NCBI GenBank assembly: GCA_029856125.1
Contig: JAHQWJ010000147.1
Span: 1-64,000, forward strand
DNA from: Promethearchaeia archaeon
Lineage (GTDB): Archaea; Asgardarchaeota; Lokiarchaeia; Sigyniarchaeales; SOKP01
Direction of reading: 5' to 3'
Length of the DNA stretch: 64,000 nt
A model generated the notes under the pieces. That model did no database searches and was not told the origin of the DNA. It was given only the letters and a program-made list of their open reading frames with translations. This document shows, piece by piece, positions 46,420 through 60,043 of the stretch (positions are counted from its first letter, which is position 1; every line of letters begins with the position of its first letter). The translations under genes were made by a program, and so were the position numbers.

Positions 46420-47124
46420 TTATATGGAAATAAAATCTCGTTCTGCAGGGCCATCTTTTTTGATGATTGCGATGTCTATTCCATTTCCTGAAGCCATATC
46501 TCTTATGATACTTGAAGTGACTGCTTTTATAATTATTTCTTTTCCTGCACTAATCGATAAGTTATCTTTATACTTTGCTTCGAGCACACCATAAGAGAAA
46601 TTTTGACCACTACCTACAGCACAGAATTTATCAGGTAAAATGGAACCATATGCTCCAAGATTTAGAAGTACTGGGCCTTCTTCTTCAGTTGCCCCTCCTA
46701 AAATGAGACCTACTTGAAACGGATACATTTTATTTTGATAGAGGATATTAGATAACATTTTTCCAGCACTTTTTATTTTAATTGGTGCTTCTTCCTTTAG
46801 TTGGTACAATGCAGTTTCAGCCCGGAGAACATCGACCAGATACATTGCGTCAGCCACCCCTCCAGCAATAGTCATGTATAAGTGTTCTTGGATTTTATGT
46901 AATTTTTCAGCAGTTTTACTCGCTACAAAGTAACTCATTGTAGCCCTCCTATCCGTACCTAAGATTACAGCGTCCTTGCACACTAGACCTACCGTAGTTG
47001 TCCCCGTTTTTAATGTTTGACTATTTCTTTGCGTAGATTGTTTGTTATCGCTGCTTATGGAATCTCGTAAAAAAATAGATTCAGATGGTTTAACTAAATC
47101 TTCTTTTCTCATAATTAATATCAT
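46420..47124 (-). CDS. psmB: Proteasome beta subunit
   Basis: Propeptide followed by KTG-TTTVG, DRRAT, AGGVADA, GSG, RD.ASG. Confidence 0.96.
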   Translation of the reverse strand: MILIMRKEDLVKPSESIFLRDSISSDNKQSTQRNSQTLKTGTTTVGLVCKDAVILGTDRRATMSYFVASKTAEKLHKIQEHLYMTIAGGVADAMYLVDVLRAETALYQLKEEAPIKIKSAGKMLSNILYQNKMYPFQVGLILGGATEEEGPVLLNLGAYGSILPDKFCAVGSGQNFSYGVLEAKYKDNLSISAGKEIIIKAVTSSIIRDMASGNGIDIAIIKKDGPAERDFISI

Positions 47125-47219
47125 TAAAAGACTCTTGTCTTAATAATTTTTTTTTAATTTTTTATAAATATATTGTGTTCTTAGGAGAAGAATCAAAGAT
47201 TATCTAATGATTTAATATG

Positions 47220-47552
47220 CTAGACTTTTAGATTCTCAAGGGATTCTATACCCCATAGGTATTTTTTGAGGTCAATTTTGTTTGTAGGGCTTATTTCAAC
47301 ACCTTCTTTTTCAAGCAAAATTTTTTGATAATCTTGCCCGTCTTGTGATTTCAAGGCAATTTTACCTTGTGAATTTATAACCCGGTGCCATGGTAAATTA
47401 TATTTTTTTGTGGATGAATGTAACAACCATGAAACTTGTCTTGCTCCATTGGGATTACCAGCCAATTTTGCAATCCTACCGTAAGTGAATACTTTACCTT
47501 CAGGGATATTTTGTATTAATAAAATCACATTTTGAGTAAAATCAGTAGGGAT
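47220..47552 (-). CDS. Alkyltransferase-like (ATL/YbaZ, MGMT family) protein; probable AUC start
   Basis: IPEGKV.TYG.IA, ARQV, PWHRVINSQG (Trp in place of the catalytic Cys). The frame extends from track start 47528 to ATC 47552 (PTDFTQNV), 7 nt after GGTG. Confidence 0.85.
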   Translation of the reverse strand: MPTDFTQNVILLIQNIPEGKVFTYGRIAKLAGNPNGARQVSWLLHSSTKKYNLPWHRVINSQGKIALKSQDGQDYQKILLEKEGVEISPTNKIDLKKYLWGIESLENLKV

Positions 47553-47702
47553 TTTAATTCACCTTAAGAAGTTCATAAGTTTTCTTTAATACAATTTATT
47601 TAGAAGAATAGACGCCTAATTATAAAATTTTATGAATAAAGCACAAATGGTATTTCTTACTTTTTTATCAGTTTAGAAAATATAGGAGATAATTTTAACT
47701 AG

Positions 47703-50903
<3,201 letters not shown>

Positions 50904-50920
50904 GAATAGAGAGTATTTCT

Positions 50921-52057
50921 TTAATTTGTATAATTTTTTATTTCTTTCAGTTTTCCTCCATCACGAGCAGATTGAGAAGCTTGAATCCCAGACATACAGA
51001 AATTGGCCGCTATTTTAGCGTGTATTGAAGCTTTGGTCCCATTTTTTATTGCTTGAAACCAGTTATCTAAAATACGAGCATTAGCACCAGAATGAAATCC
51101 TTCAACTCGGGAAATTATGCTAGATAATGATTCCTGATCAATTTTTCTAGCTTTTCCTTTTCTACGTTGGGCTTTATTAATTTTATGTCCATCGGCTATA
51201 AACAATCGACCAGGTTTATCAACTTGAGAGCATTCATAAGTGCCAGTCCGACCTACCACTTGAATCGAAATTCTAGCGGGTTCTCGAGCAAAGACATAAG
51301 CGTTAGCACACTTAGCTATAGCTGTAGTTTCTGTTCTAAACAACGCAACTTGGAAAGCTTTAGCAGGTTTGCATATTGGATTTCCCTGATACCCACCAAT
51401 ATCGTTAGCAAAGCTTGTAACTTCGATAAATGGCATTGGATTTTTTAGTCCTCCTAATACAACTTGAGCGGGACCAATGGAATGGGCGTACATCATTGGG
51501 TCAAACAACTGGTACCATGAATTGACACGAGGAGTATCAACATCTCCAAAACCTTGATCTCTCCATCTATAGGTAACATCATGCAAATATTCTGACTCAG
51601 CATATACTGGCTCACCTATTTTACCTGTTGATGTAAGTTGGGCGGCATATAATACTTCAGGGTAGAAACAATAGTTTTCTCCAAGTTGATAAACTTTTCC
51701 AGACACATCCTCAGCATTTATGATGCGATTTATATCATCCCCTTTAATAGCCATTGGAACTTCAGAAAAAACATGCAAGTTCGATTCTAGTGCAGCAACA
51801 GATTGATCCACATGATATTGAGGTGGGCTTGCTATAATAATTCCATCAAGTTCTTCAGTGTCTAATAAATCCTCAAAAGTTTTTGCAGTTTTAAATCCCT
51901 CAATCTTTTTGAACATTTCAGTAGCGATTGAATTTGGATCATAACCAGCCACCAATTTAGATTGCCCTTTTAGTAATGGATGGTTTTCTAACTCGGCTTT
52001 GATGCTAATTGAGTGAAGACCAAAACCAACAATACCAAGATGTATTAGCTTTCCCAT
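50921..52057 (-). CDS. Gfo/Idh/MocA family NAD(P)-dependent oxidoreductase
   Basis: GIVGFG, ASPPQYH, HVFSEVP, LGENYCF, ESEYLH. Confidence 0.85.
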   Translation of the reverse strand: MGKLIHLGIVGFGLHSISIKAELENHPLLKGQSKLVAGYDPNSIATEMFKKIEGFKTAKTFEDLLDTEELDGIIIASPPQYHVDQSVAALESNLHVFSEVPMAIKGDDINRIINAEDVSGKVYQLGENYCFYPEVLYAAQLTSTGKIGEPVYAESEYLHDVTYRWRDQGFGDVDTPRVNSWYQLFDPMMYAHSIGPAQVVLGGLKNPMPFIEVTSFANDIGGYQGNPICKPAKAFQVALFRTETTAIAKCANAYVFAREPARISIQVVGRTGTYECSQVDKPGRLFIADGHKINKAQRRKGKARKIDQESLSSIISRVEGFHSGANARILDNWFQAIKNGTKASIHAKIAANFCMSGIQASQSARDGGKLKEIKNYTN

Positions 52058-52158
52058 AATTTTAGATAATTCGCGAAAATATTAATAGTTAAGCGTAGCT
52101 GACAAATTTGTAAATTAATATCCTATATGTTTAATTTTTGTAAGGACTTAAACAATTT

Positions 52159-53484
52159 ATGGATAAAAAAATTGTCTTGATAGGAGCAGGCTCTGCTGCA
52201 TTTGGACCTCCAACTTTTGTCGATTTAAATTTAAGTAAAGTGTTAGCAGGTTCTACTATTACGCTTGTCGACATAGATACAGAAAAATTACAAATGGTAT
52301 ATGAAGTATTATCAGAAGATAATAAAAAAATTGGGAATAAATTCAATATTGAATGTACACCGAATCGAGAAAAAGCTCTTAAAGGAGCAGATTTTGTTAT
52401 AAATTCTACTGAACATGGAGATCGATTTGAGCTACGTTGGCAAGATAATACAATCCCTAGGAAACATGGCTCAACAGAAAGAATGGCTGAAAACGGTGGT
52501 CCTGGAGGATTTTTCCATAGCGCTCGCCAAATTCCTGAGATTATTAAGATTGCCAAAGATGTAGCGAGAATATGCCCTGACGCATTTTTTATTAATTATA
52601 GTAATCCAATGTCCCGTATATGCTTAGCTTTAAAAAGAGTAGTGCCTAATCTTAAAATGTTTGGTCTTTGTCATCAAATAGAACTTCTGGTACCTCATCA
52701 TTTATCGAAAATTATAAAAAAAGAAATGAAGGATGTTCAAATAATTACTGGAGGTCTAAATCACTTTGCGTTTCTGCTGGGATTAAAAGATTTAAATACT
52801 GGAGATAACTTACTACCTGTTTTTAACGCAAACTGTCAAAAATATTTTCAAGGTAAGTGGGATCGATTCCACTATGCCGATTTAACCTTCGAGATTTACA
52901 AAAGATTTGGTTGGTTTCCGTACGTAGGTGATAACCACATATGCGAATATCTACAATTTGGTTCTCATTATACAACAGCACAAGATTTAACAGATTGGAT
53001 TACTAGAATGGAACTGGGGAAGAAAGCAATAAATTTTCAACTAAAGTGGCATTATAAGAAATTAAAGAAGGGTAAATATCCTAAAAAGGGTATGCTTATG
53101 AGAGAATTTTCTGGTGAAAGAGCAATCCCCATTATCGAAGCAATCATAGAAGATAGTAATTCGTACGAAATAGCAGTAAACATTCCTAATGACGGCATTA
53201 TTGAAAATCTCCCAAACGATTTAATAATTGAATGTTCTGGTATTGTTAGTAAAGAAGGAATTCGTGGGGTTAATTTGGGTAATATTCCAAAAAATATTGC
53301 CGCTCTATTAAGAATTGAAGCCTCCATTCAAGATTTATGCGTTGAAGCCATAATGCGGGAATCTAAAGATCTTGCAATTGATTGTCTTGCGATGGATGTT
53401 AATTGCGGTAGCTTTGAGATGGCTGAAGCAATATTTCATGAAATGTGTGAACTTCAAAGAGAATATTTACCTGATTTTAAATAG
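52159..53484 (+). CDS. GH4 NAD-dependent alpha-glycosidase (MelA/AglA-like)
   Basis: IGAGSA.F, ENGGPGG, NYSNP, GLCH, GLNHF, VNIPN.G.IENLP. Confidence 0.92.
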   Translation: MDKKIVLIGAGSAAFGPPTFVDLNLSKVLAGSTITLVDIDTEKLQMVYEVLSEDNKKIGNKFNIECTPNREKALKGADFVINSTEHGDRFELRWQDNTIPRKHGSTERMAENGGPGGFFHSARQIPEIIKIAKDVARICPDAFFINYSNPMSRICLALKRVVPNLKMFGLCHQIELLVPHHLSKIIKKEMKDVQIITGGLNHFAFLLGLKDLNTGDNLLPVFNANCQKYFQGKWDRFHYADLTFEIYKRFGWFPYVGDNHICEYLQFGSHYTTAQDLTDWITRMELGKKAINFQLKWHYKKLKKGKYPKKGMLMREFSGERAIPIIEAIIEDSNSYEIAVNIPNDGIIENLPNDLIIECSGIVSKEGIRGVNLGNIPKNIAALLRIEASIQDLCVEAIMRESKDLAIDCLAMDVNCGSFEMAEAIFHEMCELQREYLPDFK

Positions 53485-53537
53485 AAGAACGATCTTAACA
53501 CAAATTTTAAATCAATATAAAACCAACTTAAAATATT

Positions 53538-54434
53538 ATGAGTAAATTAACACTTATAGAAAAACTTGGATTTGAGACTTCAGATAAAGTCGTAATCTTT
53601 CACATTGACGACGTTGGTTTTTCCCACTCTTCAAACCTAGCCTCATTTGAATGTTTAGACTTCGGTATTGCTAGTTGTGGTTCTGTAATTGTTCCTGCTC
53701 CATGGTTTTTAGAAGCGGTTTCCATATGTAGGAGTAAGCCTCAGTACGATATTGGTGTGCATCTTACTCTTACTTGTGAATATGATCTATACCGATGGCG
53801 CGCATTGAGTAGCGTGACCCCAGATTCCGGTCTATTTGACTCAGAAAAATCTTTATGGCGAACCACAGAGGAAGCAATTGCAAATGTAAATGCTAAAGCG
53901 GCAGAAATTGAAATGCGTACTCAAGTTCAAACAGCGCTTGATAGTGGTATTGACATCACACATATAGACACTCATATGGGAACTGTCATGGCTCCTAAAT
54001 TTCTTCCCTCCTATTTGAAGATAGCTCGCGAATTTAAAGTTGCTCCATTTTTACCTCGAGTCTCTAGGGAAGATCTTGAAGCTGTAGGTTTAGGAGACGC
54101 TGCTGATGTTTATTTAAAGATGTTTGATAAATTAGAAGAAAGTGGTACTCCTATTCTTGATTCTATGATTATCGATACGATGGGAGATAGTCCAAATAAA
54201 ACAGATTATTATTGTAAAAGGTTTGGCGAAATTAAACCAGGGATAACACATTTTTTGTTTCACGCAGCGAAAATGAGTCCAGAATTGAATGCAATAACTC
54301 CCGATTCTGCAAGTTGGCGAGATCTCGATTATCAGGCATTTACCGATCCAAAAATTAAAGATTGCGTTGAAAAGTACAACTTAAAGATAATTGGGTATAG
54401 AGAAATCCGTGATGTAATTAGAAAAGAATCGTAA
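53538..54434 (+). CDS. YdjC/ChbG family carbohydrate deacetylase
   Basis: HIDDVG, GVHLTL, THIDTHMG. Confidence 0.88.
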   Translation: MSKLTLIEKLGFETSDKVVIFHIDDVGFSHSSNLASFECLDFGIASCGSVIVPAPWFLEAVSICRSKPQYDIGVHLTLTCEYDLYRWRALSSVTPDSGLFDSEKSLWRTTEEAIANVNAKAAEIEMRTQVQTALDSGIDITHIDTHMGTVMAPKFLPSYLKIAREFKVAPFLPRVSREDLEAVGLGDAADVYLKMFDKLEESGTPILDSMIIDTMGDSPNKTDYYCKRFGEIKPGITHFLFHAAKMSPELNAITPDSASWRDLDYQAFTDPKIKDCVEKYNLKIIGYREIRDVIRKES

Positions 54435-54480
54435 TGAATATCGAAGCTATTCCACGATTTCTTTCTAATCTAAATTTTTT

Positions 54481-56466
54481 CTAATTAAAATTTACCCAAA
54501 TAGGAGATGTCCAACCTCTTTCCCCATCAAACTGAGTAGCTCGAGCATAAAAATAAGCAGTATCACATTTATTTAGATCGGTATCTTCAAAAGCAAACTT
54601 AATTCGATCATTTGTTGGTACTCGAATTGCTACAACATTTCCATTTTTTAGTAATTCTACACTTTCCAGTTTATTGGTACCACAAACGGTAACAATTATT
54701 ACTGGGGATTTATTCACTTCAATATTTTGACCCATCAAAGCAGAATCTATTTTTATTTTCAACCACATTCTCTCTCCAGTAGTCGCATAACACATCCTTT
54801 GGTTTAAACTCCGAATCAAATTTTTAGAATCTAACTGATTAGAAAATATAGCAGCAATTCCAGGTTTGTATCTTAAAATTGGGACTAAATTTTTCATCTT
54901 ATATTGTTTTACTGGGCAACCAGGATGCGAGTAATGATCGTCACCGCCACCTATGAATCCCAATTTAAAACCGTTATTTAAAGCCCAGTTTACGCTTCCT
55001 TTTTTCTTATTGTTAACTAAAGGTCTATAATTACCTTTCATTGATTCGCTAGAACCATGTGAAGAGTAGATCTCAACAACCTTTTCCATTTCGTTATCAA
55101 CTTCTGTCCAGGATGTACCCATTACATAACTTATTGGAGTATGGGAAATTATAGTGCATTCTATATTTTTTAGTGCTTCATATAGTTGATGTTGAAAACA
55201 TCCCTCTTTAGAGTAATAATCGACTAAGGGAGCATCTTTAGCGGACTCTAATGGAAATAACATTACCTTATCTGAGATTGATTCGTAAGGACTCTTTGTT
55301 TTTGTAGCATTAGTAACACAATAATTACGTCCTGACCACTCGTACGCTGGAATTGCTGTAAACTTTTTATCAGTCCAATCAGCACACAAATCTATTAGAG
55401 ATTCCCAAATAACTTTGTTATATGGATATGAGATGCCTTTTCGACCTTCCATAAAAGTATTACTTCTTTGGTTTAAATGATCTCCTAAAGCAGCAAAATC
55501 ATGAAGTACTACGTTTTTTGCGTAGTGAAATGCGTCAGCGCCCGTTCCCATACCATCAGAAAATTCTCTAGTATGTATATGAGTATCCCCCCAGTAAACT
55601 TGACTCGAGATATCCTCGTCCCAAACAATTGGATTTGAAGTTCCAGTAAGATTTCTATTGCTAACATATAACTTCCCAATATTTGATACTATTTCAGAAG
55701 ATACGGGATACAGCGCAAACCCCATATTATATCTTAGTAACCTACTGATTTTTGAATTTGGTTGGACTTCTTCCTTAAATTTCAATGCTTGTTCAATTAA
55801 CACGTATCCCTCTCTCAAAGTTGCTTTATTTGGGAAGTCTAGGCAATTATCACCTTGAAGTTCAACTTCTCCATTGAAGGAATAATCTCGATTTCCAAAT
55901 TTATCTAAAGCAACGATTTTAACATCCACTGGTTTTCCACGGTAAATTGTAGGGATTTTAATAAGAAAAAAAAAAGCTTTTTCTGAGATCATAGAAATTC
56001 TCTTTAATCCTATTCTATTGAACACTTTTTCTTTGGGAAGTTTAACATCTATAGCGAAGTAAACTTCATCAATGTAGGCTACATCTCCAGCCGTATTTAC
56101 GTTCTTCAATTTATTATAATTAAACTCAATTGTATCTCCAATGATCATTGGATCGTGCAATATGTATACAACCATTAATGTGGATTTTGTCGCTTTAATC
56201 TTCCCTTTCACAGAGGATTCGATAGAGCAAATTCCATTCTTTAAATTGATTGGTTCCCATCCATAAGGGATTATGAATCTAAATTGAGTACGGCTTGGAT
56301 AATCTTTTTTTGCTTTAAGGATTATTTTGATTGGTGTTTTACTGTTGACAACTATTTTTTCATCTATATCAAATGTAATATCATTTACATTATCTAATTT
56401 CACTCTATAATCGAGATACTCTGAATTATCTTTTGTTAGATCCATTTTTATCAGTTCTTTCGACAA
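54481..56466 (-). CDS. DUF3604 / PHP-like metallohydrolase
   Basis: YWGDTHIH...SDG, DF....DH, YEWS, VEIYSSHG, GFIGGGDDH, YATTG, WTSPIW. Confidence 0.82.
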   Translation of the reverse strand: MSKELIKMDLTKDNSEYLDYRVKLDNVNDITFDIDEKIVVNSKTPIKIILKAKKDYPSRTQFRFIIPYGWEPINLKNGICSIESSVKGKIKATKSTLMVVYILHDPMIIGDTIEFNYNKLKNVNTAGDVAYIDEVYFAIDVKLPKEKVFNRIGLKRISMISEKAFFFLIKIPTIYRGKPVDVKIVALDKFGNRDYSFNGEVELQGDNCLDFPNKATLREGYVLIEQALKFKEEVQPNSKISRLLRYNMGFALYPVSSEIVSNIGKLYVSNRNLTGTSNPIVWDEDISSQVYWGDTHIHTREFSDGMGTGADAFHYAKNVVLHDFAALGDHLNQRSNTFMEGRKGISYPYNKVIWESLIDLCADWTDKKFTAIPAYEWSGRNYCVTNATKTKSPYESISDKVMLFPLESAKDAPLVDYYSKEGCFQHQLYEALKNIECTIISHTPISYVMGTSWTEVDNEMEKVVEIYSSHGSSESMKGNYRPLVNNKKKGSVNWALNNGFKLGFIGGGDDHYSHPGCPVKQYKMKNLVPILRYKPGIAAIFSNQLDSKNLIRSLNQRMCYATTGERMWLKIKIDSALMGQNIEVNKSPVIIVTVCGTNKLESVELLKNGNVVAIRVPTNDRIKFAFEDTDLNKCDTAYFYARATQFDGERGWTSPIWVNFN

Positions 56467-56510
56467 TTAAGTTTAATTTCAAATCAATTTTAAGGAAACT
56501 GAAACGTATT

Positions 56511-57725
56511 CTATGCCTGACTTAAGAGATTAGATATATATTCCCATTTCTTGTTGATTTTTTCGGCAGTTCGTAATCGATTGAATATTTTATATTCGAA
56601 AGCTCCAATTAAATTATATAAGCCTTTTACTTCCTTGTATACATCGTAATTCTCGAAGACATTTTTATAATCTTCAATGTTCTCCGTACTCCATATATCT
56701 TCCTTCTCTTTCATTTTCTTTGCTATATTCGTTACCCATAAATTTGCCATTTCCATAGAATAATATAGACCTGACGAACCAAATGGATTAACAAATCCCG
56801 CACTATCTCCAATAAGAACAATACCAGGGCGTGGTACGAAGTTTTTTACCATTCGTGCATTCGGGAGTACAGTTACTTCTTCGTAATCAATTTTTGCCGC
56901 TTTAAAAAATTCACTAAAGCCGGGGTAATTTTTCTTCAAATTTTCCCAGACTCTTAAGATTTCCTTATTATCCGGGACAATTACAGTTTTCATTTGAGGA
57001 ACTTGTGCCATACGCAACATTAGTCCCACTTCTAATCGTTTATTCTCTAAAGGAAAAACATAAGCCACACTCGGAGGAAAATTAGGTGAATAGTTTAAAT
57101 CCCCATTTCCAATGAAAAAGAACTGTAAACCAGGAGTTTTTTCAATCTCTATGTTAGCTTCACTAACTAAAGATTTAATTATTGGACAATTAATTTCTTC
57201 GTCATAGGGGACACCATAATATCTTCCAATAACACCTGTATATCCGCTACAATCTAAAATTGCTTTTCCATAAATCTCGTTGATGTTACTGGACTCATCC
57301 TTGTATTTTAATCCAACACATATCCCATTTTTCTCAATTGGTTCTATTACTTCGCTCTTAAGTAAAATATCAACTCCTACTTCTTTTGCTTTTTCTACGA
57401 ACCTATCGATAAATTCCCTCCATTCGAAAAAATAATGAGGATATTCGCGGAAAGTCGTTGTTATCTGTAGATCTCCTGGAGAATGCCAAACTCTAGCACC
57501 ATCGGATTTAAATCCTATAGATGGTAAAAAATCTTTTCCTAGAATATCATCTACAATAGAATAATAACCCATTCCCTCACCACGAGGTTTTGGTCCAGCT
57601 TGGTCTCCTTTCTCTATAACCACTACTTTAAATCCTTCTCTGGCAGCTACAATACTGGCAGTTAGCCCTGCAGGACCTGCTCCAACGATTACAAAATCAA
57701 AAATGCTTGAATTATTTGATGCCAT
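56511..57725 (-). CDS. Geranylgeranyl reductase family FAD-dependent oxidoreductase
   Basis: VGAGPAG, YVFP, IGDSAGFVNPF...G. Confidence 0.85.
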   Translation of the reverse strand: MASNNSSIFDFVIVGAGPAGLTASIVAAREGFKVVVIEKGDQAGPKPRGEGMGYYSIVDDILGKDFLPSIGFKSDGARVWHSPGDLQITTTFREYPHYFFEWREFIDRFVEKAKEVGVDILLKSEVIEPIEKNGICVGLKYKDESSNINEIYGKAILDCSGYTGVIGRYYGVPYDEEINCPIIKSLVSEANIEIEKTPGLQFFFIGNGDLNYSPNFPPSVAYVFPLENKRLEVGLMLRMAQVPQMKTVIVPDNKEILRVWENLKKNYPGFSEFFKAAKIDYEEVTVLPNARMVKNFVPRPGIVLIGDSAGFVNPFGSSGLYYSMEMANLWVTNIAKKMKEKEDIWSTENIEDYKNVFENYDVYKEVKGLYNLIGAFEYKIFNRLRTAEKINKKWEYISNLLSQA

Positions 57726-57976
57726 AAAATGAAATAAGAATAAGGGTAATTAATTACTTTTGGTGATGACACATCAAATACAATAGTGTCCATGATTACT
57801 AATGAGCCTATAGGAAATCATTTTTAACGCTTTGGCTATAATTTTATAGCAATTGATTTTTCGCAATTTTTTCTTAGATGTTTTTTTAAAAATAATTTAT
57901 AAACGATCGAGAATAGTCATATATACATTTTTAGCAATTACACAAAAATGTGAAATGTATTGAGAGGTGAAATTAA

Positions 57977-58297
57977 ATGGTAATAGTTATTATGAGATTA
58001 ATTCAAAAAATAGCAAATGGTAAATGGGATGAATTAGAAGAGCTTGATAAAAAATTCAATGAAATTGAGGACAAAATAGGTTATCCTCCAAAAAAGCGAT
58101 ATCGTAGCCTATCGGGGGCCTATGACAACAACGTAATTATTATTGAAAGAGAATGGCAAAGCTTATCAAAAATGGAAAAGGGTTTGACAAAAGGTTTCTT
58201 AGATCCTGAATTAGCAAAATTAGAAAAAAAATTAGGTTCAATTGTTGAATGGCAAAAAACAGAATTGTATGTACCTCATCCACCATTTCCGGTATAA
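57977..58297 (+). CDS. Small NIPSNAP/dimeric alpha-beta barrel-like protein
   Basis: Strong GAGGTGA SD 7 nt upstream; IEREWQSL..ME pattern. Confidence 0.6.
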   Translation: MVIVIMRLIQKIANGKWDELEELDKKFNEIEDKIGYPPKKRYRSLSGAYDNNVIIIEREWQSLSKMEKGLTKGFLDPELAKLEKKLGSIVEWQKTELYVPHPPFPV

Positions 58298-58395
58298 AGA
58301 TTATTTCAAAATCGTTAACTCTCCTTCTTTCTTTTTTTTATATTTCGATGAAATAATGTTTAAAGGGCTTCCTATATTTATCAAACTAAGTTATA

Positions 58396-59004
58396 ATGGA
58401 GAAATTAAAGACATATTACCTTAAAACATATAATTTGTTACCAGCACCAATTTATGGATTGCTTTCAGCAATAGTAGGTATAGGCGGAGATATCATAGGC
58501 ATAGCTCTTTTTCCGGGTTATAATTTAAACTATATGATAAGTGCTTTAGGAGCCGGTCCTGGTGCGATATATTTTAATATTGGAACAATCTTATCTGGTA
58601 TATTCGCCTTATTATTCTATTTATATATGATAAAGGCTATTGGAAACGAAAAAAATGATCCAAAATTACAAAGAGTAGGCCATTTTTTCGCAATTAATTC
58701 ATGTATCTTTTTTTCATTAGTTGGTGTTTTTCCTACTTCAACAAATATGATACTTTTCTATCTTCATGGAACTTGTGCTTTAATTAGTTGGTTGAGCGCG
58801 ATTATTTATTTAAGCATTTTTAGCTCTTTGATATTTAAAAACAAGGTTATTCCAGAATTTTTTGGGTATTTAGCACTAATAACTGCGGGCACAATAATTG
58901 TGTTCTTATTAACATGGATACCTATAATAGAATGGATTATGGCATTAGGAGTCACAGTTTGGATAACTCTACCCTCTATATATATGCTCTACCATAAGAT
59001 TTAG
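58396..59004 (+). CDS. DUF998 (Frag1/DRAM-like) membrane protein
   Basis: YMISALG...YFN.G, VGVFP...LH, EW. Confidence 0.75.
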   Translation: MEKLKTYYLKTYNLLPAPIYGLLSAIVGIGGDIIGIALFPGYNLNYMISALGAGPGAIYFNIGTILSGIFALLFYLYMIKAIGNEKNDPKLQRVGHFFAINSCIFFSLVGVFPTSTNMILFYLHGTCALISWLSAIIYLSIFSSLIFKNKVIPEFFGYLALITAGTIIVFLLTWIPIIEWIMALGVTVWITLPSIYMLYHKI

Positions 59005-59080
59005 GGGCCCCTTATATCCATTTCTTTACAAATTTAGTATATAAGAGAGTTTTAATGCGATATTTAATAAGATTAAGATA

Positions 59081-60016
59081 ATGTCAGATTTAATTGGATA
59101 CATTTTAACCCTTGATGCTTTGTTCACTTGGGGTATTGCTTCGTTAGTTTATAAATTTAGTCTAGGTAAAATTGAATCAAAACCCGGTCTTCTATTTAGG
59201 TTAATATTCGTGTCGTGCTCCACTTTTATTCTCGCTCTTTTCTTCGGCACATTCTCTTTCATTCCCTTATTGAGTTCGCAAAATTTAACAAGCTATATAA
59301 TCGCATGTTTAATTTCAGGGTTATCAGTCACAATAGGAGATTTGCTTTATTTCGCTTCCTTAAAGAAAATTGACGCCTCTCGAGCATTTCCGCTAACTCA
59401 ATTAAGTTTAATCTTTGTTTATCCATTTGCGTTTATTTTTTTTGGGGAAGAATTGAAACTTTCTATAGTACTAGGCGGTTTATTAATCCTTCTGAGTGCT
59501 TTTATTTTAAGTACTAAAGATAAAGAAAATGTAAATGAAAATGGTTCAGAAAAGAAAATCCAATCTTCAGAGAAAATGGTTATTGGAGTTCTACTAGCCA
59601 TTGGTTCGGCATTTCTCTGGGGCCTTTCTATAGTTGCATTCAATCAAGCAAGAATTATCTCTAACGATGTGTTCGTTACAAATTTTATCAGAGTATTTTT
59701 TGGTACTATATTCTTTATCATACTTGGTATTTTTCAGATAGAATTTTACTCTAGTTTTACAAAGGCTAACAGAAAAAAATTTAAATACTTTATATTTGTT
59801 GGAATAGCAGGAGCGTTGTCTTTAGGTTTAGCAGATACATTATTTTATAAAGCAGCGGAAATAAACGGCTTAGTATTGACATCAACATTTACAGCTAATA
59901 CACCAATGGTCCAACAAATTCTATCAATATTGATTTTAAAAGAGAAATTCCGTAAGAGATTTATATTTGCTGTCGGATTAATAATTATTGGCAATTACAT
60001 CATTTTATTTTTATAA
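59081..60016 (+). CDS. EamA/DMT family transporter
   Basis: Two EamA repeats (WG..., SLKKIDASRA.P, FFGEE; ILKEK). Confidence 0.9.
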   Translation: MSDLIGYILTLDALFTWGIASLVYKFSLGKIESKPGLLFRLIFVSCSTFILALFFGTFSFIPLLSSQNLTSYIIACLISGLSVTIGDLLYFASLKKIDASRAFPLTQLSLIFVYPFAFIFFGEELKLSIVLGGLLILLSAFILSTKDKENVNENGSEKKIQSSEKMVIGVLLAIGSAFLWGLSIVAFNQARIISNDVFVTNFIRVFFGTIFFIILGIFQIEFYSSFTKANRKKFKYFIFVGIAGALSLGLADTLFYKAAEINGLVLTSTFTANTPMVQQILSILILKEKFRKRFIFAVGLIIIGNYIILFL

Positions 60017-60043
60017 ACTTCATTAATCTAAGTAAGAATTATT

